From positions 46,686,001 through 46,750,000 of the forward strand of contig OX597828.1 of NCBI GenBank assembly GCA_951406725.2: a stretch of DNA of 64,000 nucleotides. The letters run 5' to 3'. The position numbers were made by a program, and so were the translations under genes. Each line of letters opens with the position of its first letter. Within the stretch, counting starts at the first letter, position 1. Shown one piece after another: positions 27,433 through 40,289 of this stretch. This stretch comes from Octopus vulgaris. Its lineage: Eukaryota. The notes beneath the pieces are model-generated. The model searched no databases and was not told the origin of the DNA. It saw only the letters and a list, made by a program, of their open reading frames with translations.

Positions 27433-27738
27433 GTAGGCCCCCGCTTCCTCGACGAACAACTCACTCTGCAGGATATTTATATATAGATTTTCCTGGCGAC
27501 GTTGATGTTCGCCTGGGGCTAAATGCAACAGTAACACCCCCACCACCCTGCCCTGTCCCTAGCCATATTCAGATGGCTTTAGTCCCTTATGTTATGGAGC
27601 AGTTACTGTCTATATCTCATTTAGAGAATTATTATTGCTGTCGAACAGATTTTCAAAATCAGCAAATGTATTTTGCTTGAAAATCTATATATAAATATCC
27701 TGCAGAGTGAGTTGTTCGTCGAGGAAGCGGGGGCCTAC

Positions 27739-27784
27739 CACACGTTGATGATAGGCAATACACCTTGAAACCTAGGACCGTGTG
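27739..27784 (+). ncRNA. Second copy of the same hammerhead with the cleavage triplet changed to GAC
   Basis: Identical to the minus copy except gaaacctaggAc instead of gaaacctaggTc. Confidence 0.6.
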
Positions 27785-28589
27785 TGGTTTCCGCTTCATC
27801 GGGGAATTATCTCCCTTTGCAGGATAGAGGACGCCGTGATGGTGTCAAGCCTATCTGGTGACGTTGATGTTCGCCTGGGGCTAAATGCAATAGTAACACC
27901 CCCACCACCCTGCCCTGTCCCTAGCCATATTCAGATGGCTTTAGTCCCTTATGTTATATATATATATATATATACATATATTTATATACATATATATATA
28001 TACTTATGTATATGTGTAAATATATATATATACACACATACAACTATATATATATATGCATATAGATAGATAGATAACTAGATAGACAGACAGACAGACA
28101 GATACATTCATACATACATACATACATACATACATACATACATACATAGACAGACATACAAATAGATAGAAAGACAAAGAGACAAATGGACATTTAGACA
28201 AATAGATATTATGTAATAATTTGATTCGGTTCCATACAAGTTTTGATGTCGTGTAAAACTAATCTAGCTCATCAGACATAATTACATTTTGCCCGACACC
28301 CACCTTGGATACTGTTTTCTACTGTGGTCTCCCACACGAAACAAGGTATGATGAAAGTTGAAGCACCTCAAAATTCAATTACAAAAGCAGATAGATTGGC
28401 ATGACAGACCTTGACTATTACGGTTGACTAGAAAAGCACAAGCTTTATTCTCTCCAATGCCGTCGTGAGCGTTACATTATCTGCATGATGTGGAAAATAT
28501 TCCATTTGCATTGCCCAAATAACATTGGCATCACCATTAAGATACACATAAGACTTGGGCCCCGTGCTATCCGCCCACAATATAAATGG

Positions 28590-28974
28590 ATGGAAGCACT
28601 CCGTCGGTTACGACGAAGAGGGTTCCGGTTGATCCGAATCAACGGAACAGCCTGCTCGTGAAATTAACGTGTAAGTCGCTGAGCACTCCACAGACACGTG
28701 TACCCTTAACGTAGTTCTCGGGGATATTCAGCGTGACACAGAGAGTGACAAGGCCGGCCCTTTGAAATACAGATACAACAGAAACAGGAAGTAAGAGTGA
28801 GAGAAAGTTGTGGTGAAAGAGTACAGCAGGGATCACCACTATCCCCTGCCGGAGCCTCGTGGAGCCTTAGGTGTTTTTGCTCAATAGACACTCACAACGC
28901 CCGGTCTGGGAATCGAAACCGCGATCCTATGACCGCGAGTCCGCTGCCCTAACCACTGGGCCATTGCGCCTCCA
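28590..28974 (-). mobile_element. Full-length tRNA-derived SINE-A with tail a
   Basis: A box TGGCCCAGTGG and B box GGTTTCGATTCCC. Near-identical to 51880-52262. TSD-like caatataaatg / caatagaaatg flanks. Confidence 0.92.
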
Positions 28975-29274
28975 CAATAGAAATGACACTTGCATCACAT
29001 AACGACAACTGTTGCATTTGAATTGGCCCCATTCTCTTTAACATTACACCGAAACACATTAAAGAAGAAACGCACCCCATAAAGTTTAAGAAATCCCGGA
29101 TAAACCTCCTACACCTGGATATGTCTCCGTAAACAATAACTCTCTACATGAGTGGGCCACGTTGTCCGATTCCTGATTTTAATGACATGCTGGCAATGTG
29201 ATGAAATAACAGCGTATTCCCGTTCATTTACGGGGCGATTCGTTTGTTCTTGTTAGAAGTGTTCAATATTTTTG

Positions 29275-30160
29275 CATGGATTTCCCTTTGCCTCTGACCT
29301 AGCATTTACCCTGGCTTAGAAACCGTTCAAGGAATCCAGCTGGATCTGTCTCGAACAATCTCAGATTTTTCCGTGATATGATCAGCCTAGTGCACTCTGA
29401 TCAGGTGTTAGAACATGTGACGTCGAACGAGCAAAAACCTTCATCATGCCGAGTTCATTATGCACAATGTTCTCAACTTTCTCGCAGTATGTGCTAATAG
29501 AATTGGCTATTTGAATTTTAGTCAGTCGTGTGGTATCCATCACCATGAGGTGACCACAATCAATGTTTTCGTCGCTGGTGGCAGTTCCAGGATATGCAGA
29601 CATTGGTTCATCTCCAAGACTATCTTTTCTCCTAAATTCAGCTGCCCACGTTTGTACAGTTGATAAACCTGGAGCGCCAACCCCTAACGTAGCAAGCAGG
29701 TCAACATGAATGTCCTTGGGGACAAAACCCTCTTTGAACAAGTACTTTGTAACATCACGATGCCAACTTTTGTCTGGATAATGTTGAGGTGTTACTTGAA
29801 CAGTCAGATTTTGGTTTATCAGGGGAAGAAATGCGTTTTCAAATTTTTGCGTAACGTTAGTAATTTGAGGGCAGAACTTGAGTACATTACATCGACCCCA
29901 ATGTGCAATCAGTACTTATTCTATCAACCTCGAAAGGATGTAAGGCAAAGTTGTTCCCGGCGATATTTGAACTCAGAACGTAAATTCGAAAGAAATGCCG
30001 CTAAGCAATTTCCCTCGACGCGGTAACCATTCTCCCAGCTCGCCGCTTTGGAAACAATGCCGTTGTTACTAAGTAGAGTAGAAATGAATGCAAACAAGAT
30101 TTCACTGTTCTAGCATCACCCCTTCATAGTCAACCTATGAACTCTTCAGCCCACACTCGC
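29275..30160 (-). mobile_element. Mariner element, 5' part (TIR plus N-terminal transposase), interrupted by SINE-C at about 29855-30047
   Basis: TIR-like cgagtgtgggctgaagagttcatagg at about 30159. ORF 29382-29741 has KDIHVDL..TVQTWAAEFRR..DEPMS..TATSDENI..HNELGMMKVFAR..LTPDQ, followed by LFETDPAGFLERFLSQ. Confidence 0.85.
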
Positions 30161-30453
30161 ATGTGTGTGTGTGTGTGTGTGCGTGCGTTTGTTTCTATGA
30201 TATGGTCAGTTGCCTGCCGAAGATTAGCCATCCTGGAAGAGCACAACTGAAGGAGAACGACATGGATAATGATTAGCAATCAAAGTGTTTCTTCCCACAC
30301 TAAAACAGGATGTTGGTTTACTTTTTTGTTCCAAATTAATATGATGGATGAATGGATGCATGGATGGATGGATGGATGGATGGATAGATATCAAAGTTAC
30401 CGTTTATGGGAACGAATTTTATCTACACCTGAACTCGGTGCATAGCATATATG

Positions 30454-30519
<66 letters not shown>

Positions 30520-30523
30520 GTAA

Positions 30524-30594
<71 letters not shown>

Positions 30595-30625
30595 AGGATG
30601 TATATATATATATATATATATAAGA

Positions 30626-30726
<101 letters not shown>

Positions 30727-30769
30727 ATGTATGTATGTGTATACGTATGTATCTGTGTGTATACATAGA

Positions 30770-30816
30770 TGCCGACTGAAGAACGTATCTCAAGCGTGAA
30801 ACTTGAAGTAATGGTA
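30770..30816 (+). ncRNA. Minimal type I hammerhead candidate
   Basis: UGCCGa-CUGAAGA-ACG(uaucucaag)CGU-GAAA-CUUGAAG-UA-aUGGUA. Intact core and GUA triplet, with a mismatch at the base of stem I. Confidence 0.6.
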
Positions 30817-31079
30817 GTCAACTGATTTAATTATTTATGTGTGTTTGTGTGTGTATGTGTATATGTGTATTTTGCGTGTGTAAGCTGTTATGTGTATGCA
30901 TGTATGTACATTTATGTGTGCTTGTGTGTTTGCTCGTATTTCCGTGTATAGCATGTTCGTTCTGGTTGGATTCTCAGATAAAGACGCTTATCAAATGCAA
31001 AAACGAATACAAAATGAAATTCAAAATGGACAGCTTGACTAAAATTTCTCGAATTCCCACAGAATCATTAAGTAATTTA

Positions 31080-33538
31080 GAGACCACCATCAGCAGAATT
31101 TGAACCCACATAAGACCCTTGGTGAGGATTGCTTTATAATGTTGGCACAAAGCCTCACACTTTAGAGAAGGAGGAAGTTCATTAAATCTATCCCAGTGCC
31201 TTAGTAATATATTTTCGATTTTCCAATGATGAAGAGCAATAACGATACTTATCGGATTTGAACTCGAAACGTAATGAATTATAACTGATTATCACGTGAC
31301 ACGTAGTTTGATTCTCTACCAATTCACTTTATTTCATTTACAACTAATAATATTCTTTTCTACTCTGGGCTCAAGGCCCGAAACGTTTTGGGGAAGGGGA
31401 CCAGTCGATTAGATCGACCCAAGTACGCAAATGGTACTTAATTTATCTACCACTAAAGGATGAAAGGTAAAGTCGACCTCAGTGGAATTTGAACTCAGAA
31501 CGTAAAGACCGACGAAATGCCGCTAAGCAATTTGTCCTGTATGCTTAACTATTCTGCCAGTTCGCCGCCTATTTTCAATTAGAAATATTGGTTTCAAATT
31601 CTGAAAAAAAGGCCAGTAATTTCGAGGTAAGGTGTAAGTCGATTACATCGACCTTCAGTAATCAACTGGTACTTATTCTACCAACTCGCCGCCTTAAGCT
31701 TCAAGTAGAATATTAGTTTCTAATACATTTACCAGATCACACATTTGTAAGAAAGGACATAATACTTTAGGTCAAACCAGAACTTCTAGATTTATGTTTT
31801 ATTTTGACGGCAGGAGGAATAACAGAATAAATCAGATCTAGAGGAATTTGAACTCAGAACCCGATATGACGTGTATTGGTTTCAAATTTTTGTACCAGGC
31901 CATCAATTTCGGGAGAGTGGGTGAGTCGATAACATCGACCCTAGTGCTTGAGTGATATTTTTCTTATCGACCCGAGAGGATGAAAGGCAAAGTTGACCTC
32001 CCCGCCCCGAAAATCGTACTCGGAACATTAAGACGAATGAAATAACACTAAGCATTTTGTCCGGCATGTTTAACAATTCTGCCAGGTCACGGCCTCGATG
32101 TCTATAGAAATACCATCGTACCCAATACTTGGCAGTTACCTTATTTTATAGAACCGGGAGTAATGACAAGCAGAGTTGACAGCCAGTAGTGACTGAACTC
32201 AGAACGTAGTGATTCGGAGGATATAATGGTTTCAAATTTTGACACAAGGTCAACAGAGTTTAAGCGGAAGGGTATTTCGATTACATGGACCCAATTGCTC
32301 AATTGATACTTATTTTATCGACCCTCAAAAAATGAATGGTAACGTCAACTTCGACTGAACGTAAAAAAGACAGACGAAATGCCGCTAAGCATTTTGGCTG
32401 GCGTGTTAATGGTTCTGCCAGCTCGCCAATTACGATAATTTCTAATTTAAGCATAAAGCTAGCAGTTTTCATGAGAGTGGAGTTGGCAACACAACCAACA
32501 CTTGCACTAGACTAGTGTTTTATTTGATCGATTACAACATGATGAACCGCAAAGCTGACCTCCATGACATTTGAAATCAACATAAAATGCCAGAAGAAAT
32601 ATCACAAAGCATTTTTTTCCCGATGTTCTTACAAATCTGTAATGCCACTACCTTGATGTGTACCTGATCAGTCACCTTGTTGTGTACCTGATTACTGCTT
32701 TCAAAGGAACATATACATGAGGATCCAAATTTGAGGGCCAAGTAGAGTATTATTGATAGAAGCAACACCTTTCTTCCGTAGTTGCAAACTTCAAATTTGG
32801 AAGAAGAGAGCAATCGATTACTCCGATATCATTACTTAACGGGTACATTAGTCTATCGATACCAGAATGATGCAAGACAAATTTTACCTCGGTGAGATTT
32901 GAACCCAGAACATAAAGAGCCGCAACAAATAAACCAATGAATTTCGTTTGATCCTAGCCACTTCATCGCCCTTCAATTGTTTCTAACATACACACAAGAC
33001 CACAAAGTCAGAAATTTGTGCAAATGGATAGATCAATCAAATCAACCCTAATAATATCAACCATGGAACGATAAGAAGCAAAAATTTATCTCATCGGGAT
33101 TTGAACTCAAAATATGAAAGGCGATAATTTAATAGAGAAAAGCCGTTTTAACCAACACTCTGCCAATTCTGTTATTTCCACCCCAACGTCCTGCAGGTTC
33201 AATCACAATTTTAAAAGAATATTTCCTCTAATTTAAATAATCACACCCATTACGTGGAAATCGCTGCAAAGCAGAAGACGGACCGAGCCCGTTATGTCGT
33301 TTTTAATCTGCTTTTTGAAGTCATTAATTCATTCCAGTTACAACACTAATCTACTTATGAAAGTCATGAACAATACCAATTACAGTTTACGTTTTCTCTA
33401 ATTCAAAGAACCTTTATGGATAGGTTAAAATAATCTAATATGTTCTTCCTTTCCTGATGAATACAGATTTTCCTTCCTCTCAGTCTATATTTAATCATGA
33501 TCTAATCATTATAAACGCTTCAATGTCGCCACCACAAC

Positions 33539-33584
<46 letters not shown>

Positions 33585-34430
33585 GTTATTATTATTACTA
33601 TTATTAATCAGGCAGTCCATCCTATCTGCCTTCGTAAAGTTCTTATCTAGGATCGTAATGTGTTAGTAACATTAACAGAGGCTGAGGCAGCGAACTGGAA
33701 GAAACGTCAGAACGCCGGGCAAAATGTTCAGCGCAATTTCGTCTGTCTCACGTTTTGAGTTCAAATTCCGCCGCGGTCGACTTTACCATTCATCCTTTCA
33801 GGTTCGACAAATTAAGTACCAGTCACGTACTGGGGTCAATATGATCGACTTATCCACTCCCGACAAATTTCAGAGCTAGTACCTATTGTAGAAAGAATCA
33901 TTGTTATTATTAATCCCGCTGTCCATAAAGTCCTTCTTAACTAGGATCGTAATGTGTTTAGTAATATTCTTTTCTACTCTAGGCACAAGGCCCAAAACTT
34001 TTGGGAAACGGGCCAGTCGGTTAGATCGACCCCAGTATGCAACTGGTAGTTAATTTATCGATCCCAAAAGGATGAAAGGTAAAGTTGATCTCGGCGGAAA
34101 TTGAACCCAGAACATAAAGATACACAAAATACCGCTTAACATTTCGCCCGGCATGCTAACGATTCTGTCACCTCGCCGTCTTTGCATTGTAACATATTGT
34201 AATACTTATGATGAAGGAAGGCGGTGAGCTGGTAGAATCGTTAGCACGCCGGACAAAATGCTTAGCAGCATTTCGTCCGTCTTTAGGTTCTGAATTCAAA
34301 TCCCGCCGAGGTCGACTTTGCCTTTCAATCTTTCGGAACCGATAAAATAAATACAAGTTGATTGCTGTGGGTCGATGTCATCGATTTACCCGCTTCTCTG
34401 AACTTGTGCCACAATTTGAAACCAACATTA
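31080..34430. mobile_element. Dense cluster of roughly ten or more SINE-C copies of varying age
   Basis: Recurrent gaatttgaactcagaac / gaaaggcaaagtcgacctc motifs. Best-preserved copies are 31352-31569 (-), 33686-33900 (+), 33965-34178 (-) and 34219-34428 (+). Confidence 0.85.
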
Positions 34431-34844
34431 ACAAATGCAAATTGGCAGAATGTTTAGGGGCGTCGGATAGAATTTGTAGCTGCTGTTTCAAAGCACTGTG
34501 CTCTGAAATTTGGAAAGAAATAAAAGAATATATGTTCGCGTGTACATATACGTGAATATTAACAAGTGAAACTAATTAGTACATAGGTAATCGTTTTTTA
34601 TTTCGTATATTTTCATTTGTCTTGCTTATTTTTACACTTTGGTTTTTGCTGAGTTTTTTTCTTGAGAACACATTCTTAGTAGAAAATAGCGATTTTGACG
34701 TCTATATCTAGCATATTGACTGTCCACTTTTAATGGTCAGTCCTTTAAATTTTGTATGTAAAAAATATTTTTAATCTTCGGATTTTTTTTAATATGCTAG
34801 GCCACTGGTTTTAATTGATTAATATCAATTTTTACCCTTATTTA

Positions 34845-34904
<60 letters not shown>

Positions 34905-35079
34905 TTATGTGTATGTGACTATTTTTGCATGTATGTATGTATGTATGTATGTATCTATATATATATATGTATGTGTATATATATATATATATATACATAC
35001 ATACATACATACATACCTATATATATATATACTTACCCTACAAATATATATATATATAATATATATGTATATATATATA

Positions 35080-35112
<33 letters not shown>

Positions 35113-35114
35113 CA

Positions 35115-35187
<73 letters not shown>

Positions 35188-35214
35188 ATTTATGTATATT
35201 TATATCTACTCCTC

Positions 35215-35300
35215 AGTCGAAAAGAAGGGCACTCACTTTCTGTGAGAATCTGATATTCAGAGACCCTCAAGTTTTCAATTGCTTACCGAAATAGAATCAA
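35215..35300 (+). pseudogene. Highly degraded LINE (CR1/L2-like) C-terminal remnant
   Basis: [19 protein letters not shown] resembles the xRGPxLFNxLP motif of LINE 3' ends. Confidence 0.35.
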
Positions 35301-36167
35301 AATCTAAAAGGAAAAGTGGGACAAAACCCTTACTAGAAGATATAAGATCGCAATCTGGGTTACTACTCAATTACTACAAAATTACTGATCAGCTTACAGT
35401 CATGAGAATTCATCAAAGCTGGAAGAAATTACTATAAATGTGGTACCCCGGCATGGCCCTGACCTAACCACTGAAACCGTGAAAAGAATGAAGAACATAG
35501 GCGTTTGCCCAGTGACCAACCCAACTATTCTGCATATATAGGACTGCAGAGTTTTATATACCCTTTTGAGTGTAGCTATTTATTTTTAAACGGTGTCACA
35601 AGATTTAAGGAGGATTTGACTATTATTAATAAAAGATCAAAGGGCCACTTAGAGGCCCTCTCATTTGGGTCGTTATACAGTTTAGCAAATATAATGATGT
35701 GATTAAGGGTAAAATGTATAACTGGTATTATGATTAGTGTTAAGGGTTCTAAAAATACTTGGGTGTGCTACGCCAAACATAAAATGTTACTAGAAGATTA
35801 AGGTGTGTGCCATGTGATGCGTTTGTAATGACGTAGCGGACAACTGTAAATGGAGGATATCGGAAAGTTGAGATTTTGATGAGGAAATTATTGGGTGTTT
35901 GGTGTCTGGTGTTTGGCGTCTGGTCGAAATGTCATTTTGTCATAAATGGGGCGAAGGGGTGAAAAAGGAGGGTTGCTCCTTATTGTACATGTGTTTTTCG
36001 TTTTTTGGGGGTTTTTTGCTTTGGGTTTTTTTTATGGCATTATCATAAAGCTGTTGAAGATCAAGGTGACACGAAAAAGATGAGAGGCGATATGAAGGTA
36101 CACAACATGTGAGAGATAATAGGGAGCAGCAAGGTGCAGCAAGGGATAGGGTGCTTAAACACGCACG

Positions 36168-36202
<35 letters not shown>

Positions 36203-36470
36203 TCACGCTCACGCACACATTCACACACTCAGACATATACACACTCTCATACAATCACACGCACATGCACACACGCGCGCAACCATATATATTTACATAT
36301 ATTAAATTCATATATATATATACACATGTATATTTGTATGTATATATACATACATACATATGTGTGCGTGGGTGTATACACACACGCGCAAGAAATATGT
36401 ATCTATATATATATTTACATGCGTCTACTCACACGTACATACACGCATTTACATAAATTTATATATATAT

Positions 36471-36501
<31 letters not shown>

Positions 36502-36672
36502 CAGAGATACAGAGATAGATAGATAGATAGATATTTACATTTATATATACATGTAGACACACATAGTTATATATACATATATATATACAGGTATATATAC
36601 TCATACACACATATAATGTAGATGTTTTTAATTCATACCTAAGTTCAAATGCTGCTATACATTAACACACAA

Positions 36673-36724
<52 letters not shown>

Positions 36725-36738
36725 GCAATATGTATTCC

Positions 36739-36775
<37 letters not shown>

Positions 36776-36830
36776 TATATATATATATATATATATATAT
36801 AACGTATCTTCATGCATGTATATATGTATG

Positions 36831-36864
<34 letters not shown>

Positions 36865-38012
36865 TGTATGTATGTATGTATGTATATGTATATGTGTGTA
36901 TATATATATACTTAAACGTATCTTCATGCATACATATATTTATACGTGTATGTATGCATTATGTATGTAAATATAAAGGGAAAGGTATATTCCATCATAA
37001 AGTGTACGACAAAATTTTATCTAGGCAGGGTTGCGTTGTTGTATTTTATGAAGCAAGGCCCAAGCCGGAGCGTTTGTGTGCCTGCATGAAAAGCAAAGGG
37101 TAGATGACGTCGGGCAAGACTCCTGAGTCCCTCGGTGAAACGTTTGCTGACCAAGCTTACTAACATGTAGAGTGCCTTCAATGTCTTCATATTATTCAAT
37201 GAGAAGAACTTCAAGCAAAACCAGTGGATATCTTGTGCCCACCGTCTCTGACATTACTGGAGGCTGTGATCAATAAGGGCTTCCAATAGGTATCCTGTCA
37301 ATGCAATACCGTGCTTCGAACACGGATCAAAGAGTGGTCCAAATGGGCTACATGTTGCGGCTAAAGTCAACGCCCTCCCACATGGCTCCTACAATAGCTG
37401 ACCAGGTACCCAGCATGTGGCCTCTAGGCTCTCCTGTTTGAACCCCCAGGACTGCTGTGTCTGAAACCTATTAGAGAAGAGAACCTGGCTCTAACATTAC
37501 GGCATCAAGTTTTCCTTGACAACTACTGGTGTAATCGACTTAATCCCTTTGTCTGTCCTTGCTTGTCCTCTCTATGTTTAGCCCCTTGTGGGTAATCAAG
37601 AAATAAATATACTATTATTGTTCATGAAAGCTGTTTTTTAATACCTACAACGGACTGCTCGAAGCATACTAACTTCCTACAATTAGATCCTTGAATTTTA
37701 CAATTATATATCATTTTATATGTGTATGTGTGTATGTGTATTTATGTATGTATGTATGTATATTTATTTTCATACCATACTTGCACACGAAGAGGTGATG
37801 GTGTAGAGACAGTAAGTATAGCTGAGATGTAATGATCACAAAGAGTGACGGGCAAATATGGAAGGTAGCATGCGGGGGTGTACGCAGATCTTAGATGTCG
37901 AACGAGGGCGGACGAAGTGACTTAGTGAGGGGTGAGATGAACTTTTCAAAATTAGTTACCTCAGACGCACACAGAGGCACACATGTGTGTGTGTATGTGC
38001 TTGTGTGTACTG

Positions 38013-38047
<35 letters not shown>

Positions 38048-38339
38048 TGTGTGTGTGTGTGTGTAAAGAAAATATAGAAAATGTCCTGATATTAAGAGAG
38101 TGGGATGCCAAAGGTCAAAAACTGAGATGATGGGTCAGTGTCAAAAGAAATTGCCTGACCCTTATCATTATTATGGTTATTATTGTTGGTTTTTGTTGGT
38201 GGCGGTGGTGTTGTTGTTGTTGATTTTGTTACAGTAACTCCCCATAACCCCGAAAACGCTTTGCCTTAGTGAAACGTGTCACATGGGCAATAACAATTGC
38301 TACACATGTCTTTCAAATGTTAAACCGCCATCACTATCG

Positions 38340-39155
38340 TCACTACACACCTCATCGTCATTAACACCATCATCATCATCATTATCATCATCATCATCAT
38401 CATCGTCGTCGTCGTCGTCATCGTCGTCATCGTCGTCACCATCGTCATCATCGTCATCGTTGCCGTCTTCGCCGTCACTGTCATCGTCATCGTCATCGTC
38501 ATCGTCGTCGTCGTCATCATCATCTTTGTCCCATCCATCAGAAATGATAGCTTCGGTAGTGTTCGCTCATATTAGCATCGCTTTCATCGTTCATCGTTTC
38601 AGCAACGACAACGAGCGACACCCTCGCAATGAAGATGATGATGATGATGATGACGATGACGATTGGGAGGGGAGGAGGAGGAGGAGGAGAATGAGCAGGA
38701 GAAGCAGGATGATAGGGGAGGTTGATAACGACGACGACGGTGATGTAAATGATCGCAGTGATGATGATGTTTATAATGATGACGACAACGACAATGATGA
38801 TGATGATGATGGCTATGGTGATGATGGCAACGGTGGTGGTTGTGGTGGTGGTGGTGGTGGTGGTGGTGGTGGTGGTGGTGGTGGTGGTGGTGGTGGTGGT
38901 GGTGGTGGTGATGGTGGTGATGGTGGTGGTGGTGGTGGTGGTGATGGTGGTGGTGATGGTGGTGGTGATGGTGGTGATGGTGGTGGTGATGATGGTGGTA
39001 GTGGTGGTGATGGTGATGGTGGATGGTGATGGTGATGGTGATGGTGGTGGTGATGGTGGTAATGGTGGTGGTGGTGATGGTGATGGTGATGGTGGTGGTG
39101 ATGGCGGCGGTGGTGGTGGTGGTGATGGCGGCGGTGGTGGTGGTGGTGATGGTAT
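38340..39155. repeat. Compound (TCA/TCG)n, (GAT)n and (GGT/GAT)n trinucleotide arrays
   Basis: Direct reading. Explains the poly-S/D/G ORFs. Confidence 0.9.
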
Positions 39156-39690
39156 TAACAGTGAAATTGATGGCTGTTTTTTTTTCATATTTTACTGTCC
39201 ATGTTGTTGAGGTTATTACGGTTTCCTATTGGGCCTTCGCTGTGATAGGTTTCTTCTTTTGTGCTTTCCTATTGTACTTTTAACAGTTGTCCATTTGGTC
39301 TTGGTTTCAATTGTTGTTGCCGTTTCTTCAGTTGATTTTGACGGACTTGGCTTTTAGCACTTATTAGCTTTGTAGTAGTTTCTCTTGTTGTGGGGTTGTT
39401 TTGTGGTTGTGGTTTTTGTTACAAGTTGTCGTCGTACAGTGTTTTTGTTGCAACTAATGCTGTTGCTGTTCTGGACGTTGTTATTGTTGTTGTTCTTCCT
39501 CTTCATCTTGTTCCTCTTCATCTTGTTCCTCTTCATCTTCTTCCTTTTCTTTGTCATCGACGTCGTCATCAGTTTGTCATTGTGGATTCTTCGATGTCTG
39601 ATCAAACCTTCCGTTCTTTATTGGTCTTGTATATATATATATATATGTTTGTGTGTGTGTGGGTGTGTGGGTGTATGTATTATGTATGTA

Positions 39691-40089
39691 TTTATTATTG
39701 TCACGCTGCCTTCTGCGCATAGGTGTTTATAGTCGGTGCTATAGTTGTCACGTGATCGAAATTTAAGCCTGATCGCACCATTTTTCTTTCTGGCTTTACG
39801 GTGTAAGCATTGCCGATCCTCTAGTAATGTGTACCAAAGAAGAACAAAGACCAGTGATCCGATTTCTCTGGTCGAAAGGTGTGTCAGGTGCGCAGAACCG
39901 GTTCACTATTACTATTTCTCTGATCACTGTTCTCTGTTCTTCTTTGGTGCACGTTGCTAGTGGAGGGAGCGGCCATGCTTTCCCTGTAAAGTCAGAAAGT
40001 GGGGTAATCAGGCTCAAACTTCGATCACGTGACCACAATAGTACCAACTGTAAGCACGCATGCGCAGAAGGTAGTATGACAATAATAAA
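39691..40089. mobile_element. Palindromic mariner derivative (two 5' ends facing inward)
   Basis: 39691-39862 approximates the reverse complement of 39918-40089. The plus strand encodes CTKEEQRPVIRFLWSKGVSGA and the minus strand LATCTKEEQRTVIR, both mariner N-terminal. Confidence 0.75.
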
Positions 40090-40289
40090 GATATGTTATG
40101 ACGAAAGTGCGGATAATTTTAGGCCTCCCTTTGTGCATATAAATGTGTGTGTGAGTGTGTGTTTATGTATGTATGTATGTATGTATGTATGTATGTATGT
40201 ATGTATGTATGTATGCATGTATGTATGTATATATGTATGTATGTCTGTCTGTATGTATGTATGTATGTACGTATGTATGTACGTATATA

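Larger units (their letters stand above)
27176..27957. mobile_element. Non-coding retrozyme-like/PLE-derived element: 362-bp monomer in about 1.3 tandem copies, preceded by an inverted copy
   Basis: 27493 onward repeats at 27855 (period 362). 27214-27492 is the reverse complement of 27679-27956, and 27176-27335 is also the reverse complement of 27494-27636 where they overlap. Both arms carry a hammerhead, and (TA)n flanks both sides. Confidence 0.75.

Noticed and set aside
28240-28280. Minus-strand CUGAUGA-gcua..uagu
   Set aside because: No correctly placed GAAA or stem III.
37000-37500. GC-richer unique block, possibly a LINE 5' region
   Set aside because: No diagnostic motif could be read; left unannotated.
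38283-39029. 248-aa ATG-initiated ORF
   Set aside because: It is almost entirely poly-S/D/G from trinucleotide arrays, and the unique parts match no motif I recognise.
39560-39625. Minus-strand RTEGLIRHRRIH resembling a C2H2 zinc-finger helix
   Set aside because: There is an in-frame stop immediately upstream, no Cys pair, and no polypyrimidine splice acceptor.
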